In this document: positions 41,690 through 56,735 of the stretch, in pieces | Position numbering within the stretch: position 1 is the stretch's first letter | Layout: each line of letters starts with the position of its first letter | Assembly (NCBI GenBank): GCA_951406725.2 | Contig: OX597815.1 | Coordinates: 145,576,001 to 145,640,000 of the forward strand | Source: Octopus vulgaris | Lineage: Eukaryota | Direction: 5' to 3' | DNA length: 64,000 nucleotides | Notes under the pieces: generated by a model | What the model was told of the DNA's origin: nothing | What the model saw: only the letters and a program-made list of their open reading frames with translations | The model's database searches: none | Made by a program: the position numbers and the translations under genes

Positions 41690-42110
41690 GACAAAATATA
41701 ATATACCAAACTTTGGCATCAAACTTTGGAATTAAGAGTTACACCAGACCTCGAATTGGACGTCACTGCACTGTTCCAAAAGTCCCAGCTGTCCCATCTA
41801 AGGTGACGACCATGTACTGCAATAGCTTGGGATTCAAGGGCCCACAGTTATTTAATGCCTTGCTAAGAGATCTTTGGGATCTCCGTGGAGTAGGGGTAGA
41901 TGTTTTCAAGAAACAACTTGACCTCTTGCTATCAAAGATCCTAGATGAACCAATATAAGGGGAGGAAAAGGAAACTCAAAAGCAGGCAGCAGTGTTAAAT
42001 TCCCTCCTTCGCCAAAACCAATCACATAGAATTGGCCAATTAAAAGGTGATAACACTGGCAGTGCCCCAGCATGGCCACACCTTAGGTCTGAAACATATA
42101 AAAGATTAAA
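41690..42110 (+). mobile_element. CR1/L2-group LINE ORF2 C-terminus and tail
   Basis: NFGIKSYTRPRIGRHC...YCNSLGFKGPQLFNAL...VDVFKKQLDLLLSKILDEP. Confidence 0.75.
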
Positions 42111-42204
42111 GAATATACATGCTTATACACGCACACATTCCACAATGTGGACTGTTGGCGATTTTTTCCTCCTTTCTTTTCTCTTGGACTTTTTTCTGTC
42201 TCCT

Positions 42205-42239
42205 GTTTCTGAAGAAGAGCTTTGCTCGAAACGCAAAAC
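42205..42239 (+). ncRNA. Minimal hammerhead-like motif with a degenerate cleavage site; related copy at 16713-16746
   Basis: GUUU-CUGAAGA-a-GAGC(uuu)GCUC-GAAA-CG-CA-AAAC. U16.1 is replaced by C in this copy. Confidence 0.55.
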
Positions 42240-43851
42240 ACCCTTTCTTTTGTTCCTTCTCTGTTGTTGTCTTCGTGTTGTCTTTTTCTGGTCTTTCTCC
42301 GTTTTTTTTTATTAATCACATATATATATATATATTGGGTTGGCTCGAATGGAAAAATGTGTCACTCAAGGACTTCAGTTTGAAAAATTTTCATGATGTT
42401 TCATGTTTAGATGCTTTTATTAAATTCATTCAGTTGTTAAACCAAAATATTGGATTTAAATGGTTTTGATTTACTGCCAGGCCAAACTTGTATATATATA
42501 TATATATATATATTAGGATGTGTGTGTGTGTATTTGTCCAGTTGTTCATGTCAAACTTATTTCAAATTATGACGATTACATTTACATCGGACGACTTAAA
42601 TGATATATGTTAATTTTTGTTTATATATAAGTAACCTACATAATTCGAACCAAGTTCGATGAGTGCCAAGGAACAAAACGCTCGGCTTTTGAATTAATCT
42701 GTAACTTTGGGTAAATACTTTGTATGTCACTATACAGTAGATACATCAAATATACCACAGGGAATTTTGAATCAAACAGGCCAAGAAATCTACGTAACAA
42801 AGAAACAGCTTGATTCCAAAATGAAGAAAATGGACGAAAATTATTTGATGAAAACATTGAACTCCTCCAGATATCCAGAATTATCAAACTTCTGCTGACG
42901 TTCCGAAACTAATGAGATAGACACGGCTAGTGTTCACGTGAAACAAATGTAAACCGAAGGCTACAAAATATACCTTGTGTAAAGCTGAACTTCAGAAGTT
43001 CGACGTTGTGGAGTGTAAGGGTTAGTATTGTTAGTATTGTTAGTATTGTTAGTATAGCATTGGTTAGTATGAGGCTTTGTGTATACGCTATGTATGTAAT
43101 AAAGGGAGAAGAGACGAGTTGATCGTGAATGCCTGAACGGAGGTGGCATCAACCGGCATTAAGAGGTGAAACCACTATATCCGTTATAGAAAAGGCAATG
43201 AGAAGAGACAGACAGTGAAACTTAGGGTCAAAATCGACTTCAGGCTGGATAGCCATCAAGTCTTTCTTTGGATGTCCGAATGGGAATTGCAACCTTGTCG
43301 CAGACATACAGACAGTACACTGTTGAAAGTCGAACCTAAGTTTTGTAAAGAATAAAGCGAGTATGACAAAAAAGATCGGAGGTAAGCATATTACTGAGCG
43401 AGAGAAAGAAAGAGAGAGAGACAAAGAGAGAGAAGAAGGAGGGAAAGAGAGAGAGAGAAAAAGTGAGGGAGAGAGAGAGAGGTGGGAGAAAGAAAGAAAC
43501 AGATAGAGAATTTGGGCTGGAGAGGTAACGTGATAAAATAACTGTAGAGAGCGAACAAACGAGACACAGAAAAATAATTCATTTCTTTTACTTTACACAA
43601 ACATACATAGGTGGTTTAGTGGTGAGGTTGTTTCAGTTCGTGGACCGGGCGATGTGTTGTGTTCTCGAGCGAAGCACATCATTTCAGGCCGTTCCAGTCC
43701 ACTTAGTTGGCGGAAATGTTTATTATCCGCGACGGACTGGCGTCCCGTTCGTGGGGAAAGACTATATACAGCAGGGAAACCGGGAAACCGGCCCCTCTGG
43801 TTGTATATGCCTCGGAAAGGTCTTCATTTTATTTTACTCTTAAATAGGCAT

Positions 43852-43911
<60 letters not shown>

Positions 43912-43996
43912 ACATATATATATATATATATCCACATATACATCTGTACATGGTGCCTATATATATGTCTATAGCTATACAGTATATTAAATATGA

Positions 43997-44050
<54 letters not shown>

Positions 44051-44581
44051 CACCGTCATTTTCAACCGCGTAACAAAGTATTTTGCATACGAAATTGGAA
44101 GATTGCTTTTAAAATACATAAAACATGAATGCTATATATTTGGAACTACGAAAAGGCAAAAAGTGTAATATCTAAAGTGAAACCCCGCTGAAGTTCGGGT
44201 CATGTCAAAAATGACACGTATGCAATTCAGATTTATAATGTTTTAGTTTCTTATCAGGCATAAATAATATATTTGATGCCCTCTTGCTCTTTAATGCTAA
44301 TTGCTACAAGTAAGGAATCCTTCAATGGCGTAGAAACGCCATTTGTTTTCACTAATGGAAACTTTATGGAGTGCCATGCTATCTAAATATCAAATATAAA
44401 TGAATATGGTATCATAATATTTATGATGTGAATATAATTTAACAAGCTTAACATTCCGAAAAAAAATTTGATGACATTTCGGGTTAAAGGTAAAAATTGC
44501 TATTTTTTGAAGGCTAAACATGTTTGAGGCAAATATGCTAATATGCCTTGTACAGTAATAAAAATGACATACCGTATTGTG

Positions 44582-44707
<126 letters not shown>

Positions 44708-44949
44708 GAGATATTCGTCCGTCTCACTTCTCCCTCTTTCCTCCAAATCCGCCCTCTCTCTCCCAATGTGCTTGTGTATATGTGTGCGTGTGTATGTATA
44801 TATATATTTACATCTACGCTCACACGTACGTGCATGCTTACATATGTACAAACCCCCACACATACACACGCACATACACACACATACACACATATACACA
44901 AATATAAACATAGATAAAAACATGAACACATACATACATCCGATGGCTG

Positions 44950-45010
44950 GATAACTGAAGAGATGACGGCGTGGATTTCCACCCCGACATCCGAAACTCG
45001 GAGTTTTATT
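44950..45010 (+). ncRNA. Hammerhead motif (CUGAAGA core), diverged relative of the 15492 family
   Basis: GAUAA-CUGAAGA-GAUG-a-CGG-c-GUGG(auuu)CCAC-c-CCG-a-CAUC-c-GAAA-CUCGGAG-UU-UUAUU. Confidence 0.65.
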
Positions 45011-45064
45011 CATGGCTACCGAATAATTGTCACATATTACATTTACACACACACATACACACAC

Positions 45065-45107
<43 letters not shown>

Positions 45108-45108
45108 T

Positions 45109-45144
<36 letters not shown>

Positions 45145-45239
45145 GTATATATATAGCACACACACTTTAAAATCTTTAAAATGCTTCATCTCCAAGGTTG
45201 CGGTTATGCTGGGGCACCAACGTTGACAGTGCTTAACCG

Positions 45240-45625
45240 TTATTTGAAACCTCCTCAGATATGAGGAATTTGGTCAATGAGGGAGTTTGATACCGCTGCC
45301 CTCATCTTTGTTTCCTGCCGTGAGGTAGGCTTGCCTGGAACCCTTGACAGGTAGAGATCGAGTTTGTTCTAAAGACAATAACATCTCCACCACACAGGTT
45401 CTTTAGGCATTTTGGAAGGATATTGAAGAGCTATGGGCCCTTGAAACCCAAGCTGCTGCGGTATCTGTTCCTGTATTTTGATGGTGATGCACTATACACT
45501 ATGCAGTTGCAGTGGCAACCCGTTCTGCTGTTTGAATAACTTTCAATGCCAAAGTCTGGTAGAAGCCATGCAGGAATTTCCAGATGTATATCACTGCATC
45601 TTTTCTGCCTTCGTTCAAGGGATAT
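45240..45625 (-). mobile_element. CR1/L2-group LINE ORF2 C-terminus, same family as 41690
   Basis: VIYIWKFLHG / PDFGIESYSNSRTGCHC...YRSSLGFKGP*LFNILPK. Confidence 0.72.
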
Positions 45626-45647
45626 ATACACACACACACACGCACGC

Positions 45648-45701
<54 letters not shown>

Positions 45702-45967
45702 TTTGTTCCTTCTCGAGCCACGCCTGGTTTCCCGGTTTCCTTGGCGTATAATTTCCCAAACTGGACGGGACGCCGATTCGTCGCAGGCAAACTGTAAGAT
45801 GCAGGAGGAAAGAGTCAGCAGAAGTTCGCCTTTACCTTCTGCCGGAGCCGCGTGGAGCGTAGGTGTTTCGCTCATAAACACACACATCGCTCGATCTGAG
45901 ATTCGAAACCGCGATCCCTGACCGTGATTCCGCTGCTCTAACCACTAGGCCATGTGCCTCCACACAT

Positions 45968-46038
<71 letters not shown>

Positions 46039-46181
46039 GTATGAATAAAGTAGGAGAGGGAATATGCATTATGCTTTACTCATCATCTGTTTATACATTT
46101 TGTATAATTTTCCATTATATATACACACACACACACATATAAATAAATAAATGTACAAAGAGAAGCAGAGTAAAAGAGACA

Positions 46182-46226
<45 letters not shown>

Positions 46227-47256
46227 AGGACGGTCACCATTCGTTATTGAATGTCACTAACTTTCGTCCCTCAGATGTGCGTGTCTTGTCCAAGTACATT
46301 TATCAAGAAATTTCCTCCAGAATAACAATCGACAGAATGAGAGCAGCTTTTAACCACCCACCCATACATACATACATACATACATACATACATACATACA
46401 TACATACATACATACATACATACATACATACATACATACATACATACATACATACATACATACATACATACATGCATACATACATACATACATACATACA
46501 TACATACATACATACACGCACAAACATGCGCACACATACACGTATACATATACACCTAGATTCATTCACACATATACATTACCTTCCATGTGGAAAGAAA
46601 TATTTATTGTTATTCATCACAGATTTACATCATATATGTTTTAGTACAAAAAAACATACAACAACAAAAAACAAATGAAATAACAAAAATACAAGACAAA
46701 AATATTTACATTCGAAAACTGATCTTTAAACTACAATATTGCCATCGTTTCTGATTGTTGACACACACGTCGCTCCCCCATATATATTTATATATATGTA
46801 CAACTACATAGATAAATATATATCCGGTCACAAAGACTTAAATATATATATATGCAAAATGGGACAAAAACGCAAAACATTCAGAAGACGATACAAAAAA
46901 TACGGACGGGTCATTCGAAGCCTTCAATCTTCAGTCAAGAACCGGATCATCATCGCAATTTCGGCTGATTAATCTTGAGATTGCTCCAATTCGGCCATAC
47001 ATACATACATACATACATACATACATACATACATACATACATACATACATACATACATACATACACGCACAAATATATATATATATATATATATGCATAT
47101 TTAAAAGCAGCAGAAATATAACAAAACTATCCGACGAACGGGAACATGAAACAGCTTTTGTTATATTTCTGCTGCTTTTAAATAAAGCATATTACTCTAC
47201 CTCTGGTATTTGAGTACTCTTTTTACCACTTTGTTTCACATTTATGTGATTACTCC

Positions 47257-47296
<40 letters not shown>

Positions 47297-47317
47297 CTTA
47301 TATATATATATTTATTC

Positions 47318-47414
<97 letters not shown>

Positions 47415-47804
47415 CTGAATATTGTATTGCATTCTTCATAGTGTTTTTTTTAGTTAAATCTACGTTACTTGCCTATTCATAATACTTATACAGACATACA
47501 CACATACATATTTGTGTATGCTTATATATATATGTATGCATATATACCATATTTAGACTTAATACTTCCATATAATTATACGAAAATATATATGCATATA
47601 CATACACACACACACATATTAATATAGAGTTACACATGTACAAAGAAACACACAAATATATATAGTTTATTGAAGAACGACATTTTACAAACCATTACAC
47701 CGAGTTTCACGTCATCGATCATCAAATTGACATGAATGCTTAGAGCAATACAATGGTATGCATGTATATATAACTATATATTTGTGTATATATAACTATA
47801 TATT

Positions 47805-47861
<57 letters not shown>

Positions 47862-48510
47862 AATTATATGTGTGTGTACTTATATATGCATATTTGTAAG
47901 TAAGTTGCTTACCAACTTACTTCATTCCTACTGCGTGGCAGCCTTGTGAGTGGATTTGGTAAACGGAAACTGAAAGAAGTCTGTCGTATATATTTATGTA
48001 TGTATGTATGTATGTATGTATGTATGTATGTATGTATGTATGTATGTATGTATGCATGTACGTATGTATGTATGTGTGTATGTATGTATGTATGTATGTA
48101 TGTATGTATGCATGCATGCATGCATGCATGTATGTATGTATGCATGCATGCATGCATGTATGTATGTATGTATGTATGCATGTATGCATGTATGTATGTA
48201 TGTATGTATGTATGTATGTATGTATGTATGTATATGAAGAATTTGTAATAGGAAATGCCTTTATGCTTCTATAATGTGCAAATCACTGTAATTCCTATTG
48301 GGAAATGAAACATGTGTAATGTTGAATAATTGATACCAATTTTATTTTATAATTTCCTGTTTTGTTATTTATCTATTTATCTATGTATACGTACTTAAGT
48401 GAATGAAAGAAAGAGGAGAAAAAAGATCCACAAAAGTTTCATTGAACAGATTTCCGTTGCATTTTAAGTATTTAATAACAGTTTTTCTTAGCTCCATATT
48501 ACTTAAGTTT

Positions 48511-48540
48511 CTTAGGCGTCAGATGTTTGGAAGCATAGAT

Positions 48541-48613
<73 letters not shown>

Positions 48614-48728
48614 TGTGTGTGTGTATGTGTGTGAACCCCGAGCCATACATTCTTAGGCGTCAGATGTTTGGAAGCATAGATACGTGTGTGTGTATGTGTG
48701 TATGCGTGTGTGTGTGTTTGTGTGTGAA
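48511..48728 (+). repeat. Local tandem duplication of cttaggcgtcagatgtttggaagcatagatacg(tg)n
   Basis: Identical ~33-bp unique segment at 48511 and 48652, each followed by (TG)n. Confidence 0.85.
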
Positions 48729-48763
48729 TCTATAAGTGTATATATACCTATACACATCTACAA

Positions 48764-48823
<60 letters not shown>

Positions 48824-49026
48824 ACTCAGCTCTCTCTCCATCCATCCATCCACCTATCCATCTATCTATCTATCTATCTATCTATATATATGTTACTTAT
48901 TTAAATCCGAAGTTTGCTTTCGCCGCTTTAGCTATAGATTGTGCCTCTGCTTTTTAACGAATACAACTTTCTGTTTCAAATAAATGAATATAACGCTGCT
49001 TTATTTATTGAAACTCTACTGTAAAT

Positions 49027-49080
<54 letters not shown>

Positions 49081-50010
49081 TATATATATATATATATTAT
49101 ATACACATGCAAATATACATACATATATTTATATATGCATAAAGACAGAGAGAGAGAGGGAAAGACGACTTATTCATAGATAGGTGGATAGAGTGGTTGA
49201 TGGATAGCTTGATACACAGATAGACAGAGAGATAGACAGATAGATAGATAGATGAATACATACATACATACATATATACATACATAAATGGATAGATAGG
49301 TTGATGACTATGTACATAGAGGCAATCTATTTCACTTTGAATTCAATCAACCACACAAACTGTAGAAGAAATCCGAGCCATACATACGCACATAAAAGTT
49401 GTAGCCGAAACACACAAATGCATTCATTTATTCGTAGCAGTCCTAATAAATTCATTCGTTATACGCCAACGAGAACACGATCAGAGACAGGCTCTTTTAC
49501 ACAGCCACACATACGTACTTAAGTACTCACAAATACGTTGCCAGTGAAATCTAATATAACGGTTCTTCAAGTTTGTTTTATGATAGACTGCAGTCGTCTA
49601 GATATTTCTATCAAATGAATCTAACTTAGTTTTGCATACAATATTAGATTTTGATACCATTTCAACATTATTTATTTATATTTTCGAATCTGTCTTATCT
49701 TTCGATGTTTACGTGCTCTCAGATTTTTCATATGATTTCAATGAAGAGCAACATACACGTCACACATTGCGTACACACACACGCACACGCGCGCACATAC
49801 ACGCGCACACGCGCGCACATACACACGCACACGCGCGCACATACACACGCGCAAATACACACACGCACATACACAAACACAAATACACATACACCTACAT
49901 TGCTACTAACAAATCACAAACGCTGACACACATACATATATATGTACACTTTCAGATGTTTACATGCATGTGTGTAGCTCTCTACACACACATCTTCCAC
50001 AGACACACAC

Positions 50011-50070
<60 letters not shown>

Positions 50071-50166
50071 AATGTGAGGATAAAATTTTTCGAAAAAAAA
50101 ATATTTTCTCGAAAAAATTTTTATCAATGGCCAGCATATTAAAAAATACCTTTAACGGTTTAACGT

Positions 50167-50222
<56 letters not shown>

Positions 50223-50529
50223 CAATTCATAAATGAGGGCATATTAAAAAATACCTTTAAGGAAAAATTTAGCAAAGCATTTAAAAAATATTAAATTTCT
50301 GAGGTACAAAGGAAAAATTTCTAATGCCAAATATGCCGAAAAATTGGACATATTGTCCATTAACCATATAATCTTTTCACAATACGCACGCTACTCGAAA
50401 AAAGGTCGACAGAAATTTCTAAAAACTTCCATTATTACCATACAGGACCGATTTCAGAGTTAGCTACTAAGAGCCCTCTCTTCGTCAGTGATACATGTGG
50501 CAAAAGAAATAAGATACGTACTCATACCC

Positions 50530-50576
<47 letters not shown>

Positions 50577-50606
50577 TACACACATATTCACACATATACA
50601 CACATA

Positions 50607-50642
<36 letters not shown>

Positions 50643-50646
50643 TATA

Positions 50647-50892
50647 GGCGCGTGGCTTTATGGTTAGGGTGTCAGCACCATGATCGTAAGATTGTGGTTT
50701 AGATTCCTGGACCGGGCGACGCGTTGTGTTCTTGAGCAAAACACTTCATTCCACGTTGCTTCAGTTCACTGAGCTAGCAAAAATGAGTTACGCTGCGATG
50801 GACTGGCGTCCCGCCCAGCTGGGGAATACATACGCCATAGAAACCGGGAAACCTGGCCCATGACCCTGGCTAGGATTTGAAAGGGGGCATTT
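50647..50892 (+). mobile_element. tRNA-derived SINE, family 3
   Basis: GGCGCGTGGCTTTATGGTTAGGG A-box region, GGTTTAGATTCC B-box, ttgtgttcttgagcaaaacactt core, tail aaaccgggaaacc...aaagggggcattt. Confidence 0.85.
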
Positions 50893-51396
50893 ATTTTATT
50901 ATTATTATATATATACATACATATACATATTTCGGACTTATGGGTATATGCCAATTAGTGTGTTGAATTGCTGAGTAGAGCACTGGCACAGTTTGGGCTA
51001 CCTGGTGTCATCCGCAGACAGGGTATTCTTCCGTTGGATCTATTGCAGAAATTCCGCTATGTTAGTTGAGATGATAATAATAATACTTAAGTACTTAAGT
51101 CGCCAGACGTAATCGGCCAGTGATGTTGCGTGCCGTTTAAGGACTTTTCGAAAGCTGGCGATGTGGTTTCTATACCTATTCTTGAAAATATCAATCGATG
51201 CACTGATATATACGTAGGGACCTCATTTAGTATTTTCGGTGCACTTGTATAAGATATTGTGGGTCTTGTATTGGTTACCCAGCGGACATTTCGGACTGTC
51301 TCTGCCTGAGCATAGATTGTCAGTTTTTTTAGTTCGCGTGTACACAGTCGGTACCTGTACGGTCGGGTGTGTTTACATTCGTGCTCGTGGCTACCC

Positions 51397-51493
<97 letters not shown>

Positions 51494-51494
51494 T

Positions 51495-52140
51495 TATGTT
51501 TGACTTTTTGCTTTACAATCGTACAAGTTGGCTCCAAGTCTCACCCAGAGACCTCAAGAGTCAACAAGTTGGAAGTTCATGTTGGTGTTATGCCTAGGGT
51601 GCCATATATTTGATTTTGTACATAATGTTGTTCTAGAGAATTTTTAAGAAGACACAAGAAAAATTATGTGTTTGTTTTAAAATTTGAGATTACATAGAAT
51701 TTTACGTAGGATATGGACAGTTCCCATGAGCACTATCTTTTGAATTTCTGCCAATTTGGGGTTTCCTGGTATCTGAGATAGGTAGCAATCAGCACCTTTT
51801 GCTGTCATTCCCATGGCACATATGACAACAGGTATTGTTTTAGTCTTGAGGTTCCACATTTTGCTAATTTCTATTTCAAGAGCTTTAACTTGCTCAGCTT
51901 TTGGTAGGTCTTGACAGATACGTTTTTATCGATCGGGACAGTCATATCAAGGAAGAGGCATGATTTTTTTGTCTGAAGTCTTTCAATATGAGGTCTGGCT
52001 TATTTGCATCTATCTTTCTGTCAGTTTGAATGGTGAAGTTCCAGAGGAGTGAGATGAGATCCTTTACAAGCACCGGAGGTGGTTTGTGTTCCCACCAGTT
52101 TTTATCATGGGGCAAGTCCAGGTTTTTGCAAATTATCAGT
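51495..52140 (-). mobile_element. R4/Dong-like LINE 3' end (RLE domain plus 3' UTR) bounded by (TAA)n
   Basis: WWEHKPPPVL...ISLLWNFTIQTDRKIDANKPDLILKDF...MWNLKTKTIPVVICAMG...IQKIVLMGTVHILRKIL. (ATT)n arrays on both sides. Confidence 0.85.
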
Positions 52141-52153
52141 GATTATTATTATG

Positions 52154-52200
<47 letters not shown>

Positions 52201-52861
52201 CAATATTATTATTCCTGGGTGTGTTAGTGTTAGTTGTTGTGGTTATCAGATGTTGGTTGGTCAGTAAAATTGTTGCTGTTGTGTTTTCCCCCTGTTGTTT
52301 AGTGTTATTGTTCGAATCATTGTTACTTTGATGCGTTTATATGGTTAGTATTTGCAGTCACTGGGGTTGTTACATGTGTCTCCATCTATTTTTGAGGGCC
52401 TAATTTTGATGCATCCTGCACTCTGCCTTAGTTTTCGGTTGTTAATTCTATGAATGTAGTGTTCCATTTTCGATGAATTCGCATACGATAATTTCACTGT
52501 GTCGGTTAAACAGCTGGTTGTAAGTGCTGTTTTGTTTTTATATCAAGAATTATTTGTCTATATTTACAAGTTTTTGCAGATCTTATTGAAGTAAGATAAT
52601 AGTAATCGAAAATTCTAGCGATGTTTCATTCCCCAGCCAGACGGGCATATAACAACACGACAGCCAAAAAGTCAGGGTCTTTAGTGAGATACAACTTTAT
52701 GCATGGATGTACCTAATGAGACCCAGACTGCGACGCAACATGTTGAACGGAGTCCCACCCATAAGGGACAGTAGCAGGGTGGGTCTAAACGACCGTCGTA
52801 CAAAACAAAGATTAATGCCAAACCCATCTTCTCATTATTTAAAAAATTATCATTATCATCG

Positions 52862-52903
<42 letters not shown>

Positions 52904-53061
52904 GTATGTGTGTATGTATATCACGTGATCACGTGACCGACCAGACCATCAGATGTTGTTACACATCGCTGGTCACAATGCGTTGGCATTGTTTTAGCCT
53001 TCGAATGACGCCACCCAGCTGGCTAAGCGAGCAGGCCAGTGTATGTATATATATATAAATA

Positions 53062-54137
53062 TTCAAATAGGTAACAAAAATGAGCAGGTGTCAATACATT
53101 ACGGCCGTTTCAAGCGTCTCCATTTAATTGATTAAGGAAAACGTTACATTAATTTGAAGAAACGGTTCTCGTCAGATGACCGCATAGACTTCAAACATGA
53201 AGGATAAACCATTTTTTAAAACAAATTTGTATCAATAATAAAAACCAAAATATTTACATGGTTTCCTTTTGCTATGTATGTGGCAGAATGAGTTTAGAAA
53301 ATAATGCATAGCTTGTTAAGCCTTCCATAATTTAGAAAGTAGTAGAGGAAATAGTGAAGGTCAAGATAGAAGGAGTGGTGACGTAGTTACTTATATTTAG
53401 AAGACTTTATGTGGTATGTAGTCTTCAACCATTTAGAATTAAATCCATTGAGAGTTGTCAACTGTATTCTAGTTAATGGAGATAAATCAATTAATTTCAG
53501 ACAATCTACTATAAATCTACATAAAAGTGTAAGTTGCGGGGCTGCTAGTAAGAAAATGTTTGATGGGAAGGGGTGGTAACTGGAAGAAAGAAGGGTAGGG
53601 TTTGCCAGTACTTATTTAGATTATCAAATAAAGGGGAATATAATGAAAAGCCTAAAAGAGATATGTAATATAAACTTTAGTGGTGGAAATTAGAATTGAA
53701 GGATACGGAAGAGAGTAATTTATAACTTAGCAAATTTGCTAAGTTATAAATTACTATCTCCCGTATCCTTCAATTCTAAATGGTTGAAGACTACATACCA
53801 CATAAAGTCTTCTAAATATAAGTAACTACGTCACCACTCCTTTTATCTTCACCCTCACTATTTCCTCTGCTACTCTCTAAATTATAGAAGGCTTAACAAG
53901 GTATGCATTATTTTCTAAACTCATTCTGCCACAGACAAAGTAAAAGGAAGCAACATAAATAATTTGGTTTCCATTATTGATGTAAAATGGTTTGTCCTTC
54001 AGGTTTGAAGTCTATGAAGTCATCTGACGAGAACGGTTTCTTTCAAATTGGTATAACGTTTTCATTAATCAATTAAGTGGAACCGCTTGAAACAGCCGTA
54101 AGGAATTGACACATATCCGTCTTTGTTACTTATTCAT
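53062..54137. repeat. Long inverted repeat (arms ~380 bp) with an internal ~45-bp-arm hairpin at 53690-53780
   Basis: 53062-53442 is the reverse complement of ~53770-54137. HHR in each arm. Confidence 0.88.
53097..53178 (-). ncRNA. Hammerhead motif with long stem II; inverted copy at 54021-54103 (+)
   Basis: CAU-CUGACGA-(long imperfect helix)-GAAA-CGGCCG-UA-AUG, with palindromic helix III CGGCCG. Confidence 0.62.
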
Positions 54138-54275
54138 ATTCTGTTCTTCTAACTTGGAATCTGCACCTCGGAAATACTATAGAAAGTACCCTTTCAAAAA
54201 GAATATGCCTGAATTAACAAGTGCGGTTATCTTCACTTAGCGGGGTTGCGTTGTCAGCACACGCGACAGGAATAT

Positions 54276-54502
54276 CTATTTCTTTATAGCCCATAGGGGG
54301 CCAAACATAGAGGGGAAAACAAGGACAGACAAAGGGATTAAGTCTATTATATCGAGCCCAGTGCGTAACTGGTACTTATTTAATCGACCTCGAAAGGATG
54401 AAAGGCAAAGACGTCCTCGGCGGAATTTGAACTCAGAACGTAGCGACGGGCGAAACACCGCTAAGCATTTCACCCGGCGTGCTAACGTTTCTGCCAGCTC
54501 GC
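54276..54502 (-). mobile_element. tRNA-derived SINE, family 1, with flanking direct repeat
   Basis: Head gcgagctggcagaaacgttagcacgccggg, B-box gagttcaaattcc. The sequence gcgacaggaatat occurs on both sides (~54263 and ~54501), consistent with a target-site duplication. Confidence 0.88.
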
Positions 54503-55021
54503 GACAGGAATATTAGATACAAATATTCCTACACGGAGTCCTGATATTCAATATTCAAATAATATTGTTGGGGTGTGCAGATTATAACTATCAAGGTACC
54601 AAAATTTAAGTAACTAAATCAACTGAATCTTAGTTACATATATATATATATATACATATATATATAATTAGAGGATAGGATATGGTAACCATTATAAATG
54701 AATATTTCATTCTTTTGTTTATGTTTAACTTTCATCAATCATCTCTGTCTGCATCATTTATTGATCTAATTTTATTTATCTGCTCTACTTTATTTCTAAC
54801 CAACCTGTAAGCCATCCCCGTGCATAAAACAATACAAACCGTAAACGCTCACATTCTGTCTGCTAAAATGAATTTATAAGCACACATATAACATCTTAAT
54901 GTACGTTTTTTACTTTTGATGATATTGTGCTCATGTCACATAAATGTAAATTTAAAATCTAATGTTTATTGAGTATTAATTGAAACGGATGTAAGTGAAG
55001 TTGATCAATTTATATATATAC

Positions 55022-55175
55022 AAGTGGCTGTGTGGTAAGTAGCTTGTTTACAAACCACATGGTTCTGGGTTCAGTCCCACTGCGTAGCATTTTGGGCAAG
55101 TGTCTTCTACTATAGCCTCGGCTGACCAAAGTCTTGTGAGTACATTTGGTAGGCGGAAACTGAAAGAAGCCCATC

Positions 55176-55240
<65 letters not shown>

Positions 55241-55393
55241 TTTAGAGATAGTAGGCCCCATCATCTCAGCATATAAAAAAGAATTCTTCTTTATATGGTG
55301 AGATGAAGGGGCCTACTATCTCTAAATTAAAATATATATTTCTTCATTGAGAATAATTTGAACCTCTGTTTTATTCCCTAAAAATAAATTTTA

Positions 55394-55429
<36 letters not shown>

Positions 55430-55665
55430 GTGTGTGTGTATGTGTGTTTACGTGTCTGTCTTTATCCACCCACCATCGCTTGACAACCGATGTTGGCGTG
55501 TTCACGTCCCCGTAACTTAGCGGTTCGGCAAAATAGACCGATAGAATAAGTACTAGGCTTACAAGAAATAAGTCCTGGGGTCGATTTGTTCGACCAAAGT
55601 CTCTGCTCCAGCATGGCTTCAGTCAAATGACAGAAGCAAATAGAAGAATAAAACAATAAAACAAT
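55022..55665 (+). mobile_element. SINE family 2, full length, interrupted in its (TA)n by a ~200-bp insert containing a hairpin
   Basis: Same head and tail as the 34766 copy. The insert at ~55235-55400 contains a ~45-bp-arm inverted repeat. Confidence 0.85.
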
Positions 55666-55832
55666 GAAACAATATATATATAGACACATACACTTATAAA
55701 ACCAGATTCACGGACACCTATTTATAAATGCTTATGTATCTATATTTGTATAAATAAACTTCCGCATCGGCGCAAATATAAATGAACACGTATATGTGCA
55801 AACAAATGTATATATATATATATATATATATA

Positions 55833-56412
55833 TATTGGGTCATTCCATAAATATTGCAGTTTTTCCAATTGCATGAACTAAAAGTTGGAGGGGGACGGGA
55901 TAAAATACCTGCATCAACTTGCAATAAAAGAAGGTCGCAAATTTTACCTTGTATTTATTCTTAGTTTTGGAGACTGCAGTTTTGCAGTTAGATTTTAGCA
56001 GTTATTTTTTCAAAGCTATAATGAAAGAGACAAAGGAGCATATTCGGCATATATTGCTTTATGGGTTCAATAAAGGCAACAACGCAACAGAAATTGCGGG
56101 GAATATTATTGCGGTATTTGGAGATTGGACAATAAGCGTAAGCCAGTAATCAATGGTAGTTCCAGAAATTCTGAGCCGGAAACTACAGCCTAGAAAACGA
56201 ACCTCGTCTAGGAAGATCTGTAGAGCTCGACGAGGACGTCCTGTAAAATCTAGTGGAACAAAATCCCATCGTAACTGTTGAGGAACATGCCATTGGAAAA
56301 CGTCAGCAAATTTGGTCAAGGGGTTCCTCACAAACCTTGAGAGTCTAATCACGCGTAGGGACTGAATGTATGCTCTTCTTTACTGTCAAGTCTCATGAAT
56401 GAACCTTTTTTG
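55833..56412 (+). mobile_element. Mariner 5' fragment (TIR plus HTH DNA-binding region)
   Basis: TATTGGGTCATTCCATAAAT start; KEHIRHILLYGFNKGNNATEIAGNIIAVFG...WFQKF...SLENEPRLGRSVELDEDVL. Confidence 0.82.
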
Positions 56413-56573
56413 CACTGGTAGGTTTCTCTCTCTGTTTATTTCCTCGTGTTCCTTTCTCTTGAAGAGTATGGGCTTGGAACGTAAAAGACTTTCTCACCTT
56501 CCCGAGCGTCAAACTAATACATCTGCATGTTGTTTATACACCTGATCTTCGACTTCTGTTTTCCCTCTGAATT

Positions 56574-56664
<91 letters not shown>

Positions 56665-56694
56665 TGTATGTATGTATGTATGTATGTATGTATG

Positions 56695-56712
<18 letters not shown>

Positions 56713-56735
<23 letters not shown>

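Noticed and set aside
42630-42915. Decayed GIY-YIG C-terminus followed by CTGACG...GAAA
   Set aside because: The peptide similarity is faint and the HHR lacks stem II and G8/A9. Not supportable.
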